NCBI RefSeq assembly: GCF_006345805.1
Contig: NC_043012.1
Span: forward strand, 39,990,001 to 40,054,000
Source: Octopus sinensis
Lineage: Eukaryota
DNA length: 64,000 nucleotides
Reading direction: 5' to 3'
The translations under genes and the position numbers were made by a program. Positions within the stretch are counted from its first letter, which is position 1. Each line of letters starts with the position of its first letter. The notes under the pieces are model-generated. The model was not told the DNA's origin and searched no databases. It saw only the letters and a program-made list of their open reading frames with translations. Positions 26,691 to 41,812 of this stretch are shown one piece after another.

Positions 26691-27111
26691 CGTCAAGCCA
26701 CAGGACTACTTCTCACTACAGCATCTTTCTCTCACTTTCTCACTCTCTCTCTCTCTTTCTCCCTCCCTCTCCCTCCATTTCCCTCCCTTTCCCTCCCTTT
26801 CCCTCCCTCTCCTAATTTTATTCATTGAGATCGATCATTCCCTGCGGCTTGTTCGAATACTGCCTTCACGGCTACTTTGTTCATTGACCCAAGACAAATT
26901 TCATTCCTGTAGTTATCCCTGCAAAAGGTTAAGCTGCCCCTTGAAATAAAGGAACAACACAACTCAACCAACCGGTATTCACAGTGGCAGGCACTTTAAT
27001 ATCATATGTGCATGTATGAATATTTTGCATAACTGTGTGTGTGTGTGTATGGATAAATAGATGGATGGATACGCGCGTGCGCATTGTTGTATATCAAATA
27101 TATATACATAT

Positions 27112-27277
27112 AGGTGTAGGCGTGGCTGTGTGGTAAGAAGCTTGCTTCCCAACCACATGGTTTCGGGTTCAGTCCCACTGTGTGGCACCTTGGTCAAGTG
27201 TCGTCTAATATAGCCACAGGCTGACCAATGCCTCTGGAGTGGATTTGGTTGGTGGAAACTAAAAGAAACCCGTCGTG

Positions 27278-27334
<57 letters not shown>

Positions 27335-27465
27335 ATATTTGTGTGTGGCTTTGTGTCTGTGTTTTCCACCACCACCACCATCGTTTGACATCCGATTCTG
27401 GTGTGTTTACGTCCACGTAATTTAGTGGTTTGGCAGAAGAGACCGATAGAATAAGTACTCGGCTT
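27112..27465 (+). mobile_element. SINE family B, near full length
   Basis: Box A tggctgtgtgg, box B gggttcagtcc, ggcaccttggtcaagtgtc, internal (tg)n, 3' gaccgatagaataagtac. Confidence 0.9.
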
Positions 27466-28417
27466 ACTGCACTTATTGCACCGCCATTTATAGACTCCAG
27501 ACCCAGAGGTTCCGATATAATTGACTCTGACCGAATTTGACACGGTCAAGTCATCTGGAACTGTATCTTTGTTATTGAGAAGTTCTAATTGTTAATTGTT
27601 ACTTGTATTCACCTGATGAAAGGGGGGAGTGCTTTTAGCGTGATATAACACTTCTGTTCATCAATGAAAAACACGTTTGAAACAGCTGTAGTGAACCACA
27701 CTCCATCTGTTATATATAAAACTGATATTTTGAAAATTGAATATGCACGTGTTTTTTTAGTTTGATTCCATTGCCTGACACTTTGAGCAAATGTCTTCAA
27801 CAGAAACTTATATGAAAGAAATGTATGGAAACGCATCCTCTGTGGAGGTGGGTGGCATACGTGTGTGTTTGTAGCAGCTGAATATTCCGCGTTTTGATCG
27901 AAGGAAGGAAACCGGATACTTCTTCTTTGGAAAGCGGTCAAGAAACCGTGAGACGACCCATAAGAAGACCCCTCTTTGAGGGTAAATATCAAAAGCATGG
28001 AATGAATATATTTACACTCTGATACTTGTATCTTGACTTTCTCTTACACACACACATACATACATTATATATCGGGAAATGCAAATATTTAGAAACAGGA
28101 TAAGCATGTTATTAAGTACCATGCTATGGATAGAAATAGGTTCGCTTTATGATCAAATGCGTGCGTGTATGCTTACAAAGAAAACACATATACTTATGCA
28201 TACAAAATGGCGCACGCACACACAAACACACACACACAACACACACACACACACACACAAATAGGTTTTGCTGCCTTTGAAAAAAGTGTCGAAAAAAAAA
28301 CTCGATTGCTGCCGTAATATTTTACATTAAATTAATTTCCTGTCTGTTTGTGTAATCTTTCTCCAAATCTCTTTGTAATATCTGCACTTTGTTTTGATGT
28401 TTGATCTATATATTGTA

Positions 28418-28460
<43 letters not shown>

Positions 28461-29390
28461 GTTGTTGTTGTTGTTGTTGTTGTTTCGTTTTCATTCAGTT
28501 GCTTTTATTTATTTTGGTTATGATTAAAAGTTCCGTTAAACTACAATGGATCCCATATTTAAGTTCTTATTTTTGTAGTCTTTTGTTTTGTTTCGGGTTT
28601 TTAGGGGTTGGGGGTTCTTTTTAATTTTTTGGTGGGCTTTTTGTTTTGTTATTTTTCTTCTAAATCTGAAGGAAAATACTCTTGCGTCGTCAGCGCTCAT
28701 GTCAAGTCCCTCCGTAGTTTGACGAAGAAAAAAAGATAACCTTCCGTTTTAGATTAACAAACCGTTACAATGCAAGATTTCGTTCTACTAAAGCAATGTA
28801 ATTTCGTTTCTATTGAGGCAACGAAATTCATGTGTTCCACAACTGCCGTCGATATTTACAGGAATTAATGGAAAGTACCACAGTGGCGTACTTACGTAGT
28901 TAAAGGACGAACGAAGACATTTTTTTATGGCTGCGACCTGCTCGAAATAGTTAACATCTTCCTCTAACTACGAACTTATTAAACATTAGTCTTGTAATTA
29001 AAAGAAATAGTGCCACATTACGTAATGTTGTTCCAGATAGACCCTAAAAAACTGGATGGCTACAGTTTGAATGTTTTTGATCATTGATTTCGTCAGTCAT
29101 TGACTGAACTGGCACCAAAAACAATCTGTTTGCTCTTGGAGAGACTCGTTCTGTCAAAGTTATGTTGCTTATCTCCAGAGCAACCGACTCTCGTGGCTTT
29201 TCTTCAAATGGTCTATAGATTGGCGGTGGTGGGGGGTATATAGACAAGTGTGACAGAATACGCTCATTTCATGGATGATGCTCCCTCCCACTTCTTTCCT
29301 TAGAATCTCTTTCCCCTGCCCTCTCTGTCTACCAATCTATCAACATATATATACATATATGTGTGTGTGTGTGTTTTCATGTATGTGTCC

Positions 29391-29433
<43 letters not shown>

Positions 29434-31653
29434 ACGTTCTCTATCAATCTCGCCATCGACTTCTTTGTCTCACTGATGAAGCACTCTTTTCCGCTCTAGT
29501 TGACATGTGTGTATGTGTACACATGTATATTCATAAGCATGTACATCAACACACACACACATTCATGCACATACTTATATAAACATGCATACGTATATAC
29601 AAGTGAAAGACCAATTTCTATTTTCCTTTTCACTCTTTTTACCCAACCCTTGTTTCTGGCTCTTCTTTCCCCTTAATATAGAGTTCTGTCTTTCCTCTCT
29701 TTGTACTCTTTTTTTCCTCATATTTCAATCTTCTCGCCTGACTGTCTGTCTCACTTGGTTACTTGGTTATTTTTCTGTCTCTCTCTCTCTCACTTTCAGT
29801 CACTGTCTATCTAATCCAAGGCCCCTTTTGTAATATTTTCTATCTCTCTCACCTCTTTCAGCACAGCCACTGATTTCTCCTTCTACATTCAAATAGCGTG
29901 GTGGGAAAAGGAACACACACGCCGTTCTAATTGGACGTCTCTCGAGTTTGAGAATCAGACAGAGAGCTTTAACAGACAACTGTCTGATGGTCAAGCCATG
30001 TTGTAGACCACTTGTGACATTCACGTCATTAACTGGTAATTTGTATCTAATGAAAATAATTATAGTTGCAGTTTTAATAGTGATGGGCAGCTGGTCAAGG
30101 TAAATGTAATTTTGCTCACATCTTGGGTCAGTAACAGTAGTTAACGATTTCATAAAACAAATTAGATCTTCTGTTCTGAATGAAGCGAGTACTTACTTGT
30201 ACTTACGGCGGCATTCCCCCGAGGTGGGTTGTGCCAGCTCCGACCAACGAGTAATTCATGTTCGGAGTTTCAATAGGAATACAAGTTCACATGTGGTTCC
30301 TGGTCATATACATACACAATTTGGGATAGTGTGGTCCGTCACAGCTCATCTTGCTGTCAACTGACAACCGTCGCAGAGGTTTCGCTGACCAATTCTCCAC
30401 CGATTGTCCGAGAAGATGTAACCTGGATTTCAAACCAGTTTTAGATACATTCTTTAACGAAAGCGTTAAATCACTCCCAATGATTTTCCAACAGGCTGGG
30501 CATCAGTCCGGTATTTCTAAGGGCCTATGCTAATGAATGAAGCGAGAGAACATTAATGGCTGATTAAAATGAATAAACTTCCGGGAAGTAAATGATCAAA
30601 TGGTCAAACAAAACATATTTATACATAGCGCTGAAACCAGAGTGGAGAGTAATAAATATATAATGGTGTAGATGCATACTCTGTCCATTGCGGATCGTAA
30701 TAGAGTTTCGGGGCAGTAAATACATTTTGACAACCAGCCCACTACCAACAATTTCTCGTACATTTGACCAATATCTAAGCACCACACTTCGTTACTAATG
30801 TTGTTGCTATTCATCCCTTGGTCAGCCCTAATTCAGTAAATTAAAGACGCCCCATCCATGATCACCCGTTCTTTGTTTAACGTGTAATGTATCTAGAACT
30901 ACATTATCCGGTATACACAAGTGTCCTTTATTTAAGATGCACAAGTGTAATCTGAAGAAGATTTTGCTGCTAATTCTAGAAAACTTAAGGACCATTTAAA
31001 AGCTCACTCTTTATCTCTAGATAAGATTACTGTAGAAAGCCATGTTGACAGGGCTAAGATTTCTGTCCCAATCTAATATTATACTCGTCAATAGCCAACA
31101 TTTGCCACAGTTTGTCTAATTGTAAAGCGGTGCTAATAAGGCAGGAACATCAGCACTTCATAGTGATTTGTTATAGTGCGTGGATGATGTATATATAAAG
31201 TATGTATGTATGCATACATATGTGTACAAATATATTATGTGAGCATATATATCTATATATATATACATGTGTGTATACATATATATATGTGTGTGTGTGT
31301 GTGTGTGTAGGTGTAGTTATCACGTCTCACGTGATCAAAACGTCATTGAATACGAAACTGTAGCAAGACATTTACGTAATGTTAAAAAGCATAGCATTAA
31401 TGAAGCGAGGTAAAGACAGACGATAAATAATGACAAGGCAAAATGAATTGACAAATATCAGTGGTATAAATCAGCCAATTTATTCTACAGCCCCGTCCGT
31501 GTAGCAACTGAAGCAGCCGATACCGAAATCAATAGAGAAAACACAGAGAAGAAATCTATGAAAAATATGAACAAAAAAAAAAGTTGTTACATACAGCGAG
31601 ACAGGAAAGCAAATATAGGATGTAGAATCAACCAGAGAAAAGATTTAACAGTT

Positions 31654-31708
<55 letters not shown>

Positions 31709-31738
31709 GTGTATGTATGTATGTGCGTATGTGTACAT

Positions 31739-31784
<46 letters not shown>

Positions 31785-32441
31785 GTATGTATAAACACTA
31801 TGAGATGAAAAAACAATCTCAATAAAATAGCAAACACTACACAAAAGCGTAAAATTATGGATGAACACGAATCGCAAATGAAAGGAAAATAAAAAAAATA
31901 TAAATAAATATAAGAAAATAATATATAAATGAAAATCAGAAATTTCATTCAGCAGGTGAATGGAAAAATAAAATTAATAAGTAAAAAAAAAGAGAGAGAG
32001 AGAAAACATTTGTGATAAAACTCTCAAAGCAAATGAAGTCATTGATGCAAAATATAATTTTTGCGGAGAAATTCATAAAAGTGAGTGGAGAACCTGTTAA
32101 ATAAGAAGAATGTACCAGTGAAAATTACTGTAACCATTATCGAAATATGGGAATTATTTGAAGGAAGAAATAACAGCCAATTCTTCCTCGAAACCTTTAT
32201 TAAATTCTTAAAACTGTATGAATAAAAGAGATATGCTTGTCTGCCATGATACCGTGTGTTGAAACGAAACCAATTACAACGTGGAAGGTGCTTGTTACGA
32301 AGAGACTGTCAACTTCACTTAAAACTTTATTATTTAGAACCGTATCAATAACCCAATCGCAAAAGTTTGACATCAAATCATGAATGCTTAAGTAAAAGTT
32401 AAGTTTGTGTGTACTTTTGAAAACCCTTCCACGCTGTAATT

Positions 32442-32689
32442 CAGTGGTTCTCAACAGGACTCCATATGGCCCTTTGGTGTGTGTGTGTGGGGCGTATAAG
32501 AGCTTGATGCGAAAACTTATGTGCACTAAATTAGTTATACTTCTACAATACACAAAATCTTTTAACAATTTTTGTATACAGTTCCTAATTAAATATAAGA
32601 TTTTTTTAAAGGTTTGAATAGCTATGGGGTCCAATAGAATAAAGTCGGAATAAAAGAGGTCCTTAGGCAAAAATGGTTGAGAATCGCTA
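32442..32689. mobile_element. hAT (Charlie-like) MITE with an 8-bp target-site duplication
   Basis: TIRs CAGTGGTTCTCAAC / GTTGAGAATCGCTA; flanked by ctgtaatt (32434-41) and ctgtaagt (32690-97). Confidence 0.8.
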
Positions 32690-33010
32690 CTGTAAGTGCT
32701 ACCTGTTATCTTTGAAATACCTTTGGTGTCATAGATTTGTTCCTTCATATATCTTTTGGGGTTTAACAACAACCACCAAGACACAAAGAAATGGAATGAC
32801 TTTGACAGAGAAAGAAAGAAGCCGGATTCGACATTACAAGTCAGTTTCCCATTGAGTTTGGACGGAGCGGAGAGCTTAGTGGAAGATAGCAGGATTTTTG
32901 CTGAGAAAGCTTGAAGGATGAAAATTAAATACTTATAAGGCATTCACTTTGGTAAGCTACCTTTCTGCTACACCCATGCTACAGCAACAACAGTAGGAAG
33001 ATTAAGAATA

Positions 33011-33224
33011 ATCCTTTCCACTAAAGGCCTGAAATTTGGGGGAGGGAGGAGATTAATTGATTACATCGACCCCAGTGTTTCACTGGTACTTAATTTATCG
33101 ACCCCGAAAGGATGAAGGACAAAGTTGACCTCGGCGGACTTTGAACTCAGAACGTAGCAGCAGACGAAATACTGCTAAGCATTTCATCCAGCATGCTAAC
33201 GATCCTGCCAGCTCGCCGCCTTAA

Positions 33225-33293
<69 letters not shown>

Positions 33294-33530
33294 TTGGCAC
33301 AAGGCCAGCAATTTGGGGGTAAGGAGTAAGCCGATTACATCGACCTCAGTGCTCAAAGGATGAAAGGCAGTCGACCCCGGCAGCATTTGAACTCGGAACA
33401 TAAAGACAGATGAAATGCTGCAGAGCATTTGGCTCGGCGTGCTAACCATTCTGCCAGCTCACCCCGTTTTAAATAAATGCCGTTGAGCATTTTATCTGAT
33501 TTGCTAACGACTCTGCCATGCCAACCCACC
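33011..33530 (-). mobile_element. Cluster of two full and one partial SINE family A copies, separated by (TAA)11(TTA)11
   Basis: Reverse-complement consensus matches at 33011-33223, 33293-33470 and ~33480-33530. Confidence 0.85.
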
Positions 33531-34221
33531 GATAATAATAATGATGATGATGATGATGCATTCGCTGCACCCAAAAGAAAAATTATTAATGTTGTGAGCA
33601 TACGCACTTGTTCAAGATGGAAAATTTAAGTTGTTACGTCAAAAACCTAAAACAGATTCAGCGCATTCTGGAATTTAACCATTTTATCGCCACTTCACCT
33701 GATCAGCACCGTGGAATAAAGTGTGATGCTTATATTCCAGCAACTGATAGCACCAGATACTTAAGACTTCTTCCAGGTTCTTCCCTCATTTTGACCTCGA
33801 TTTTGACCTCAATTGTTTCGAAGAATATTTCCAGAATGCCGTAGTGACGTTGTCCAGTTATCTTCTCTTATTCAAAATTAACCTGAGCCTGAATTTCGAT
33901 TCCTAAGCACAATAAGAACAATTTACATGCTATTTCTAATATTCTGTAAATGCTTACAAACATCACAATTTCTTCGACTGCTCTTCCCTTCCCATCGTTC
34001 GCACCATTCAACACTTATCGCAACCACCACTATATTTAGAAATCTCAGAGTCTTCCACTTCAGAAGTTGTTGTTTTGCCAGGAAATATTTCGCCTTTTAA
34101 ACTTTTCTTACTAAAAACACAAAGAAATGGAACTTCTATTTTATTGAATATTTTCATTTATTTTTTTATTTTGCCACAAGATTACACAGATCAGTTATTA
34201 ACTATCTCAATTATTGAGTCA

Positions 34222-34254
<33 letters not shown>

Positions 34255-34870
34255 ATATGCATATACACATACATATTCACAAATTTTATATGTATAGTGT
34301 ACATATATTTGTCACTTATAGATAAATATATGTATGCATGTAGGTGTGTGTATATATATATATATATATTATATATATATATATATATATGTACATGTAT
34401 ACACGCGTATGTGTATGCGCATATAACACACATATATGCGTGCACACATACATACATACATACATACATAATTCTGACACGCAATCGCTGTTGGAATGGA
34501 AGGAATAAATTCGCATATGAACGTGGACAAAGAAATCGATACGTTTCCCTATTTGCGTTTATAAGAATACATCCATAGATACATACATGCGTACATATAT
34601 GTAAAGTTATACACAATAATATCGTAGATAAATATATATATCTTGTTACCTCCATATGCGTATATTAATGTATATATAGCAATTGCATGAATACTATACT
34701 CGCGATTAGTCATATACCTACTCGACACACTCACACAACCACGTACATAAAATATATAATATATAAAAGCTTTAAGTACAGTTTTCTATCCATCTACCTA
34801 TTTATTTATATAATATATATATATTATATTAATATATACGATTATGCATTTACTACACATACATACATAA

Positions 34871-34921
<51 letters not shown>

Positions 34922-35215
34922 ATATTTACATATATATATATATTATATATATATATATATATATATTATATAATATATATATATATATATATATGAAATG
35001 CATAATCTTTCATTATTCTGCCCCCAGATAGTTAAAAAATAGAAATTTTCCAAAACTGATCTTTCAGAAATCAAAGATACACAACAGACCAATTAAAGGC
35101 AGGAAAATGCATCAAAATCTACCTTCAAATGGGGTCAACATTTTTTAGATAACAAACCGAAAACTTCTATCTCAGAACACACAAAGATTAAATTGAAATC
35201 ATTCATTCAAATTGC

Positions 35216-35256
<41 letters not shown>

Positions 35257-35701
35257 GTGCGTCTCTGTGTGTGTATGTCTGTGGACGTTTGTGTGTGTGT
35301 GTGCGTCTGTGTGGCAAGCAGCCTTTCTTTTACATATTTTGTATCGAAAATACGAACGTGTTTCATAAAATATTTTTGTGTGCATGTATGCATGTTCATA
35401 TGAACATATGTAAATGTGTCTGTGTTATATATGTTTAGTATTACATGTGTATATACATATATGTGTGTGTGTCCATATTTATGCTTATATATGTGTGTGT
35501 GTATACATATATGCACATATATGTATGTGTATATATGCGTATATATACATATATATATATGCATGTATATATGTATATATGCAGGTATATGTAAAAATAT
35601 ATATATGCCTGTATATGTATATATTTGTATATAATACATATATATGCATATACATGTATTATAAACTATATATGCATATACATGTATATATACATACATA
35701 C

Positions 35702-35774
<73 letters not shown>

Positions 35775-36512
35775 ACGTAAATATATTTATACATATAAAT
35801 ATATGTATGTGTATAGAAATATATATATGAAATGTGTGTGTGTGTCCATACATGTGAGAGTGAGTGTATATGATTGTATGTCTGTATTCAGGGTTACTTC
35901 TCCATACCAAAAATTTCGCTCGATTGAATTCAAAGTGGACCGAATTCTGCAGTCAGTCGACAATAAGATTATTTGAAATTCACTGTGTATGGTTGAATGC
36001 AAAATCAACGGCACATTGTCTGTATGGTGAAATAATCTGTTTTACTTTTATACAGTTTTAATACTCAACACATATCCAACATAGGTGTATATTGACCACT
36101 TCTTTGTTTAAGTACGAAAGTATATATATATACATACATACATACATACATACATATACATGCTTATATATACACGCATACATATACATAAATATATATT
36201 CATGCATATACATATATGTATATCTATATACATGCGTATACTTATATGCATATATGTAAATATGCATATACATGCATATGTATACCTATGCATGCACCTA
36301 TACATGTGTGTGTGCGTGTGTGTGTCTGTATATATATGCATGTATGTGTGCATAAATATACATGTATATATACTATGTGCATATATATGCATATATATAT
36401 ATTCATATATATATATATATGCATATATATATGCATATATATATCATATATATATATATATGCATATATAATATGCATATATATATATGCATATATTATA
36501 TATGCATATATA

Positions 36513-36545
<33 letters not shown>

Positions 36546-37416
36546 CGAAACAATATAAATTTTATTTTTTAATGATTTTTTTTAAGCCAATTTACCTGTG
36601 CCGAATTCTCCAATAACTTATGCTCTTTCTTTTATTCCTGCCGACAGTTCTGGAATAAGTGAGTCATTCTACATCCTCAGACTTTCTCATCTTGCTTGAA
36701 ATAATAATTATAATAACAATAACAATAATAATAACGATAACAGTAATAATAACAATAATGATAAAAGTAATCATTAAAATAATGAAGATAAAAATAAAAT
36801 TTATAACAAATATCATAATATTAATCATAATTATGATCATATCGATGAAGATAAAAGTAATGATAATAATAATTTTAATAATATTAATAATAATAATAAT
36901 AATAATAATAATCTATCCCATTTATTAAAAAAATCTATTGTCTTAACTCCTTTGCCGATGCCATGTGCGGAGTATAAAGGAGTACCAATTTGTTTTCGTT
37001 TGTTTGTTTTTCTTTTTTGTTGTTTTTGTTCCTTTTTTTTAGTTTGATAAATTTATGAAATATTATTGAATATATCGTTTTGGTTTCGTTGCGTTTTGTG
37101 GAGGAATTTTTGTTGTAATTGTTATTGTTGTTAGTTTTTGTTGTTTTCTTTTTGCCACCAATAAACAGAAAAAAACACCAACAATTCAAATAAATCAGTC
37201 AGTTGATCGATTAACCAAACTAAATAAATAACTCTAAAAAAACAAGGAAAACGAAGAAATCAAATTTGTATAATATCCAGAAATATTTCTCGTAAAACAA
37301 TTCTTTTTAATAATTTAATTTGAGTTCTAACAAAAATCTGGAAATAAATCCGATTCTTATTTATTTAAAGTACACAAATTTTATACTTAAAAATATATAT
37401 TACATATATAATACAT

Positions 37417-37454
<38 letters not shown>

Positions 37455-37524
37455 TTATGTAGATATACATATACGAGTGTGCATTTAAGATTAATAATGT
37501 TTTGTGTGTGTATATATATATATA

Positions 37525-37559
<35 letters not shown>

Positions 37560-38097
37560 GTAAACCTCAACGGATTATTGTACTAAACTATAAACCACAA
37601 TGGGTACAACAAACTCAATTCTCAATAATACAAATATTTATTAAAACTGCGAAGAATTCAAAATTACAATTTATTTTAGTTTCAGTAGTCGAATCATTTG
37701 ATGCTTCGACAATAAATGTTTATGTTGGTAATGAAGCATGATTCATATGTCAAATTGACAAGTACTCAAAATAATGAATACAGAGTTAGTTTATTTATTA
37801 CGATAGAATCTTGTCTCTCTCTATGCTACTAATGGTTACTGATTGAGTACTTATCGTCGTGTCGTCTGTGGTACCCAAAACTCAACAGATGATCGTTTTG
37901 GAAACAAATCCGTTTGTGCAATGACCCTTCTCGGGGAAAATGGAAATTTTCCACTTCTGTTTGTTTTATTCTTTAAATGCAAAATGTGGTTTAGGAACGT
38001 CATTTACGGATAAACTGAAAAGCTTTAACTCCCTTGACAGTTGACCTACTGACGATCACTGAATATACATTTAAAATTCCCTTTTTAAAAAACTTGT

Positions 38098-38151
<54 letters not shown>

Positions 38152-38930
38152 ATCTATATATAATGCATAGGTTACAATTTGCTATGAGTCTCAGTTCAAA
38201 AAGATAGAAGATAAATAGATCAAAGAAAATAATTGAGAAAATGGAACAAAATTTACAAAAAATAAGTTCAAAATACATCGTTACTGAGATCTCCTAAATA
38301 AACAGCCTCATTCAAAGTGGTTGTGTTCAGTTATGTCATATGAACTTATCACCATGTTTACTTTGAGTAAATTCCTCTAAAATTGGCATTTAGATATATA
38401 TTTGTTCAAGTGAGTCTCTTGTATTACTAGTCACTTTTTGATGTGCAGAATTTTTTTTTATTGGTAATCTTTTTTACTTTCTATGATACATTTATTTTTC
38501 TCTTTCCTTCTCTCTTTGAAGAACTGGGACTTATGCACTTTATATAAGCCCCACTTTTCCCTTTAAAATTTTAATATTTCTAAAGAAATCTTTCAATTAT
38601 ATTCAACGTAAGTCACCAGGCCTACGCTCAAGTGAATTAGCGCGTTTGGATTAATTCACAAATGGTTGTTCCATTTACAACAGTATGTGGTTCAAATTTT
38701 TTAACATTAGAGGAAACAATTTTTTCGATTAAAAAGGTTCAAATCACAAGCACAAGCATAAGCAACTCCATTTCAGTCCAAACAAACTGCTTTCTTGAGC
38801 AACACGAGGGGTATGTGTCAACTGTACCCGACAAGTAGTTCTTAATCACTTTGAGTACCTATGAAACTTTTAGTAATAAAAATTGACAGTTATTTCCATA
38901 ATTCTAATATATATGAATTTATATATAAAC

Positions 38931-38981
<51 letters not shown>

Positions 38982-39262
38982 CACAGGCATATATACATAT
39001 ATATTCATATACATATAGTCACTTATAAATTCATAAATATATACGCATACATATATATATGTATACATATATATGCTTGTAACATATATATATATATATG
39101 AATTTATTTCTATAAGTATATAAATATATGTATATAAGCGTATATATGAATTTATTTCTATAAGTATATAAATATATATTTGTATATAAGCGTATATATA
39201 TATATATGAATATATTTATATATGCATGTGTATATGTATATGAAGATATACATATCTATCTA

Positions 39263-39297
<35 letters not shown>

Positions 39298-39350
39298 ATA
39301 TAATGTATGCATGTATGTGTATATATACATATATAAATATATATATATAC

Positions 39351-39381
<31 letters not shown>

Positions 39382-39537
39382 CACACACATTGTAATAATT
39401 TATTGGAATTAACGATATGATAATAACTAGGCTCTTAAATTCAGTGGATATATTTTATAGTGCTTAAATAGTAATTCAATATATATATAAAGAAATTATA
39501 TATATATATATATTATATATATATTATATATAAAAAG

Positions 39538-39590
<53 letters not shown>

Positions 39591-41000
39591 TATTCTTTGT
39601 ATTCGTTAATTGTTTTGGTCTTTAGACTACCGGACATGATGGTGCGCTGTCTTCAAAGGTTTTTTGTTGATTTTATCGAAAGGCTATCGATTCCATTTAT
39701 CGAATGGCCAAGTTCTGTTTTAGATTAAAGAGATATAACGCAATATCAAACTTTTGCTGGGTTTTTTTTTTCATGTAGCTATTTAATCCGATATATACAC
39801 TTATACACACACACACGCTCCAACGTACTCGTGCCCACGCACACATACATGCCACACACACTCTCCCATATCACACACGCTCCCATACGCTTAACCCACA
39901 GAAGCATACACAGACGTTAGTCAGTCTGAGGCGAGAGTAAAATATCATAGTAATCGTCAGCCTATGAAGATACTCGAAGCAGGTTTTTACAACGCGAATT
40001 GCTTAAACGGAGCAATTTATGCGCCCAAAAAGAGAGACGCTTCCTTGCCGGGATCCAAATCTTTTATGTATCCTTTGCCAAGCGACTATGTTACCATTGA
40101 GCATCTGTATATATGTGTGTGTATGTATATGCGTGTGTGTAAGCACATATGTACAAACCAGCGAAAGAAAAACATACCGCATTGTTGAAATCTGTGATAT
40201 AAGTGATTGACTTTTAACAGAAACACCATTAATGTAAGACCTTTCTCACAGCAACAACAATCGCCTCTTCCCTTGGCTGTTGCCTCCTTAACGATAATTA
40301 CGTTGTTGTGTTAAACTCCAACGCAACAATGATTACAATACCAGAAATTATACCGATGAAGTATAGAATTCTTTTAATGCATGTTTTTTTTTTATCAACA
40401 TATTCATTTTTGATAACCCAAACAGAAAACTTTCTACAAACCTCTCCCTATTCATTTTGAGCTTAAAGAAATAGAATATAATCATTTGAAGATTATTAGT
40501 TAATCCTCGGTTTATCTACTTTCAGGTAGATGGTCTTTTTTCTACAAATTCTTGCAGCAATCTGTTTAATCATAATTTTAAGGTTATAATGGATTAAAAG
40601 AATGATCGGCGATGTAAGATTTCTACAGGTATACCTCAAAGAACCTACCTCGACATTGTGTGCCTCCCAATGATCAGAGCAACAAAATACACAAAAGAAT
40701 TATTCCTTTTATACAGTTTGGCATGTTATATATGTGTGTGTGTTTTGTCACGCAAACATCAACCTAGATATCATTTTTATAATGTTTACATATATATACT
40801 ACTTATTATCACCCACCTTTCAAGCAACGCTCCTATCGCTGTTTGTCTTATTCCATATCAGCCAATCAGCATTTGCTATGATATTCGTATATATTTTCAC
40901 ACTAAGTTCCATCGTACATTTTTCATCATCTCAAAATCGGTTACTAGAAACTCGGAGCAACGATCTTTATAGTTTTTTTAGCTCACACACACACACCTAC

Positions 41001-41033
<33 letters not shown>

Positions 41034-41081
41034 ATATATTAATATATATAATTGTGTGTATATACGTATGTGTAACATATC

Positions 41082-41306
41082 GTGGCACTCCGTCGGTTAC
41101 AACGACGAGCATTTCAGTTGATCCGATCAACGGAACAGTCTGCTCGTGAAATTAACGTGCAAGTGGCCGAGCACTCCACTGCTCCCTGCTGGAGCCTCGT
41201 GGAGATTTAGGTGATTTCGCTCACACTCAAAACGCCTAGTCTGGGAATCGAAACTACGATCATACGACCGCGTCCCACTGCCCTAACCACTGGACCATTA
41301 CGCCTC
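41082..41306 (-). mobile_element. SINE family C (tRNA-derived), internally deleted
   Basis: Minus-strand head GAGGCGTAATGGTCCAGTGGTTAGGGCAG...GTTTCGATTCCC with box A and box B; 3' part ...gatcaactgaaatgctcgtcg...gagtgccac. Confidence 0.75.
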
Positions 41307-41314
41307 ACACACAC

Positions 41315-41361
<47 letters not shown>

Positions 41362-41435
41362 AACACACACACACAGAGGATATATGCATTTAGTATATAT
41401 GTATCTATGTGCGCCTATATATGTGTGTGTGTGTG

Positions 41436-41468
<33 letters not shown>

Positions 41469-41758
41469 TGTATACACTCATATGGATGTAGATTGTATCT
41501 ATGTGTGTGCGCGCAGTATGTAGGAGACATGAGTGTGTTATAATTGATGTTGCAATTGTTGTTGCTGTAATTGCAGTTGATGTTGTAGCTGAAGTGGTTG
41601 TTTATTTTCTTCTCTACTCTCGGAAGCTCGCATCTTCCATGTTCTGTAATAAATATCATTATCACATACACACCCTTAACTTGAAGACATATTCTTTCGC
41701 ATTCTTTTGAAGAATTATCCTTTCCGTTATAAAATTTTAATTTTCTCTGCTTTTGTGC

Positions 41759-41812
<54 letters not shown>

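Noticed and set aside
27870-27985. Neuropeptide-like peptide RRKETGYFFFGKR
   Set aside because: No signal peptide or credible exon structure (the implied intron would be 27 nt); a short motif like this can arise by chance.
32200-32943. 247-aa minus-strand ORF
   Set aside because: Runs straight through a hAT MITE with a TSD and has no recognisable motif; most likely a chance open frame.
40526-40590. Signal-peptide-like MVFFLQILAAICLIIILR after a good acceptor
   Set aside because: Only a weak donor (AG|gttata) and an in-frame stop immediately after; T-rich DNA readily gives hydrophobic peptides.
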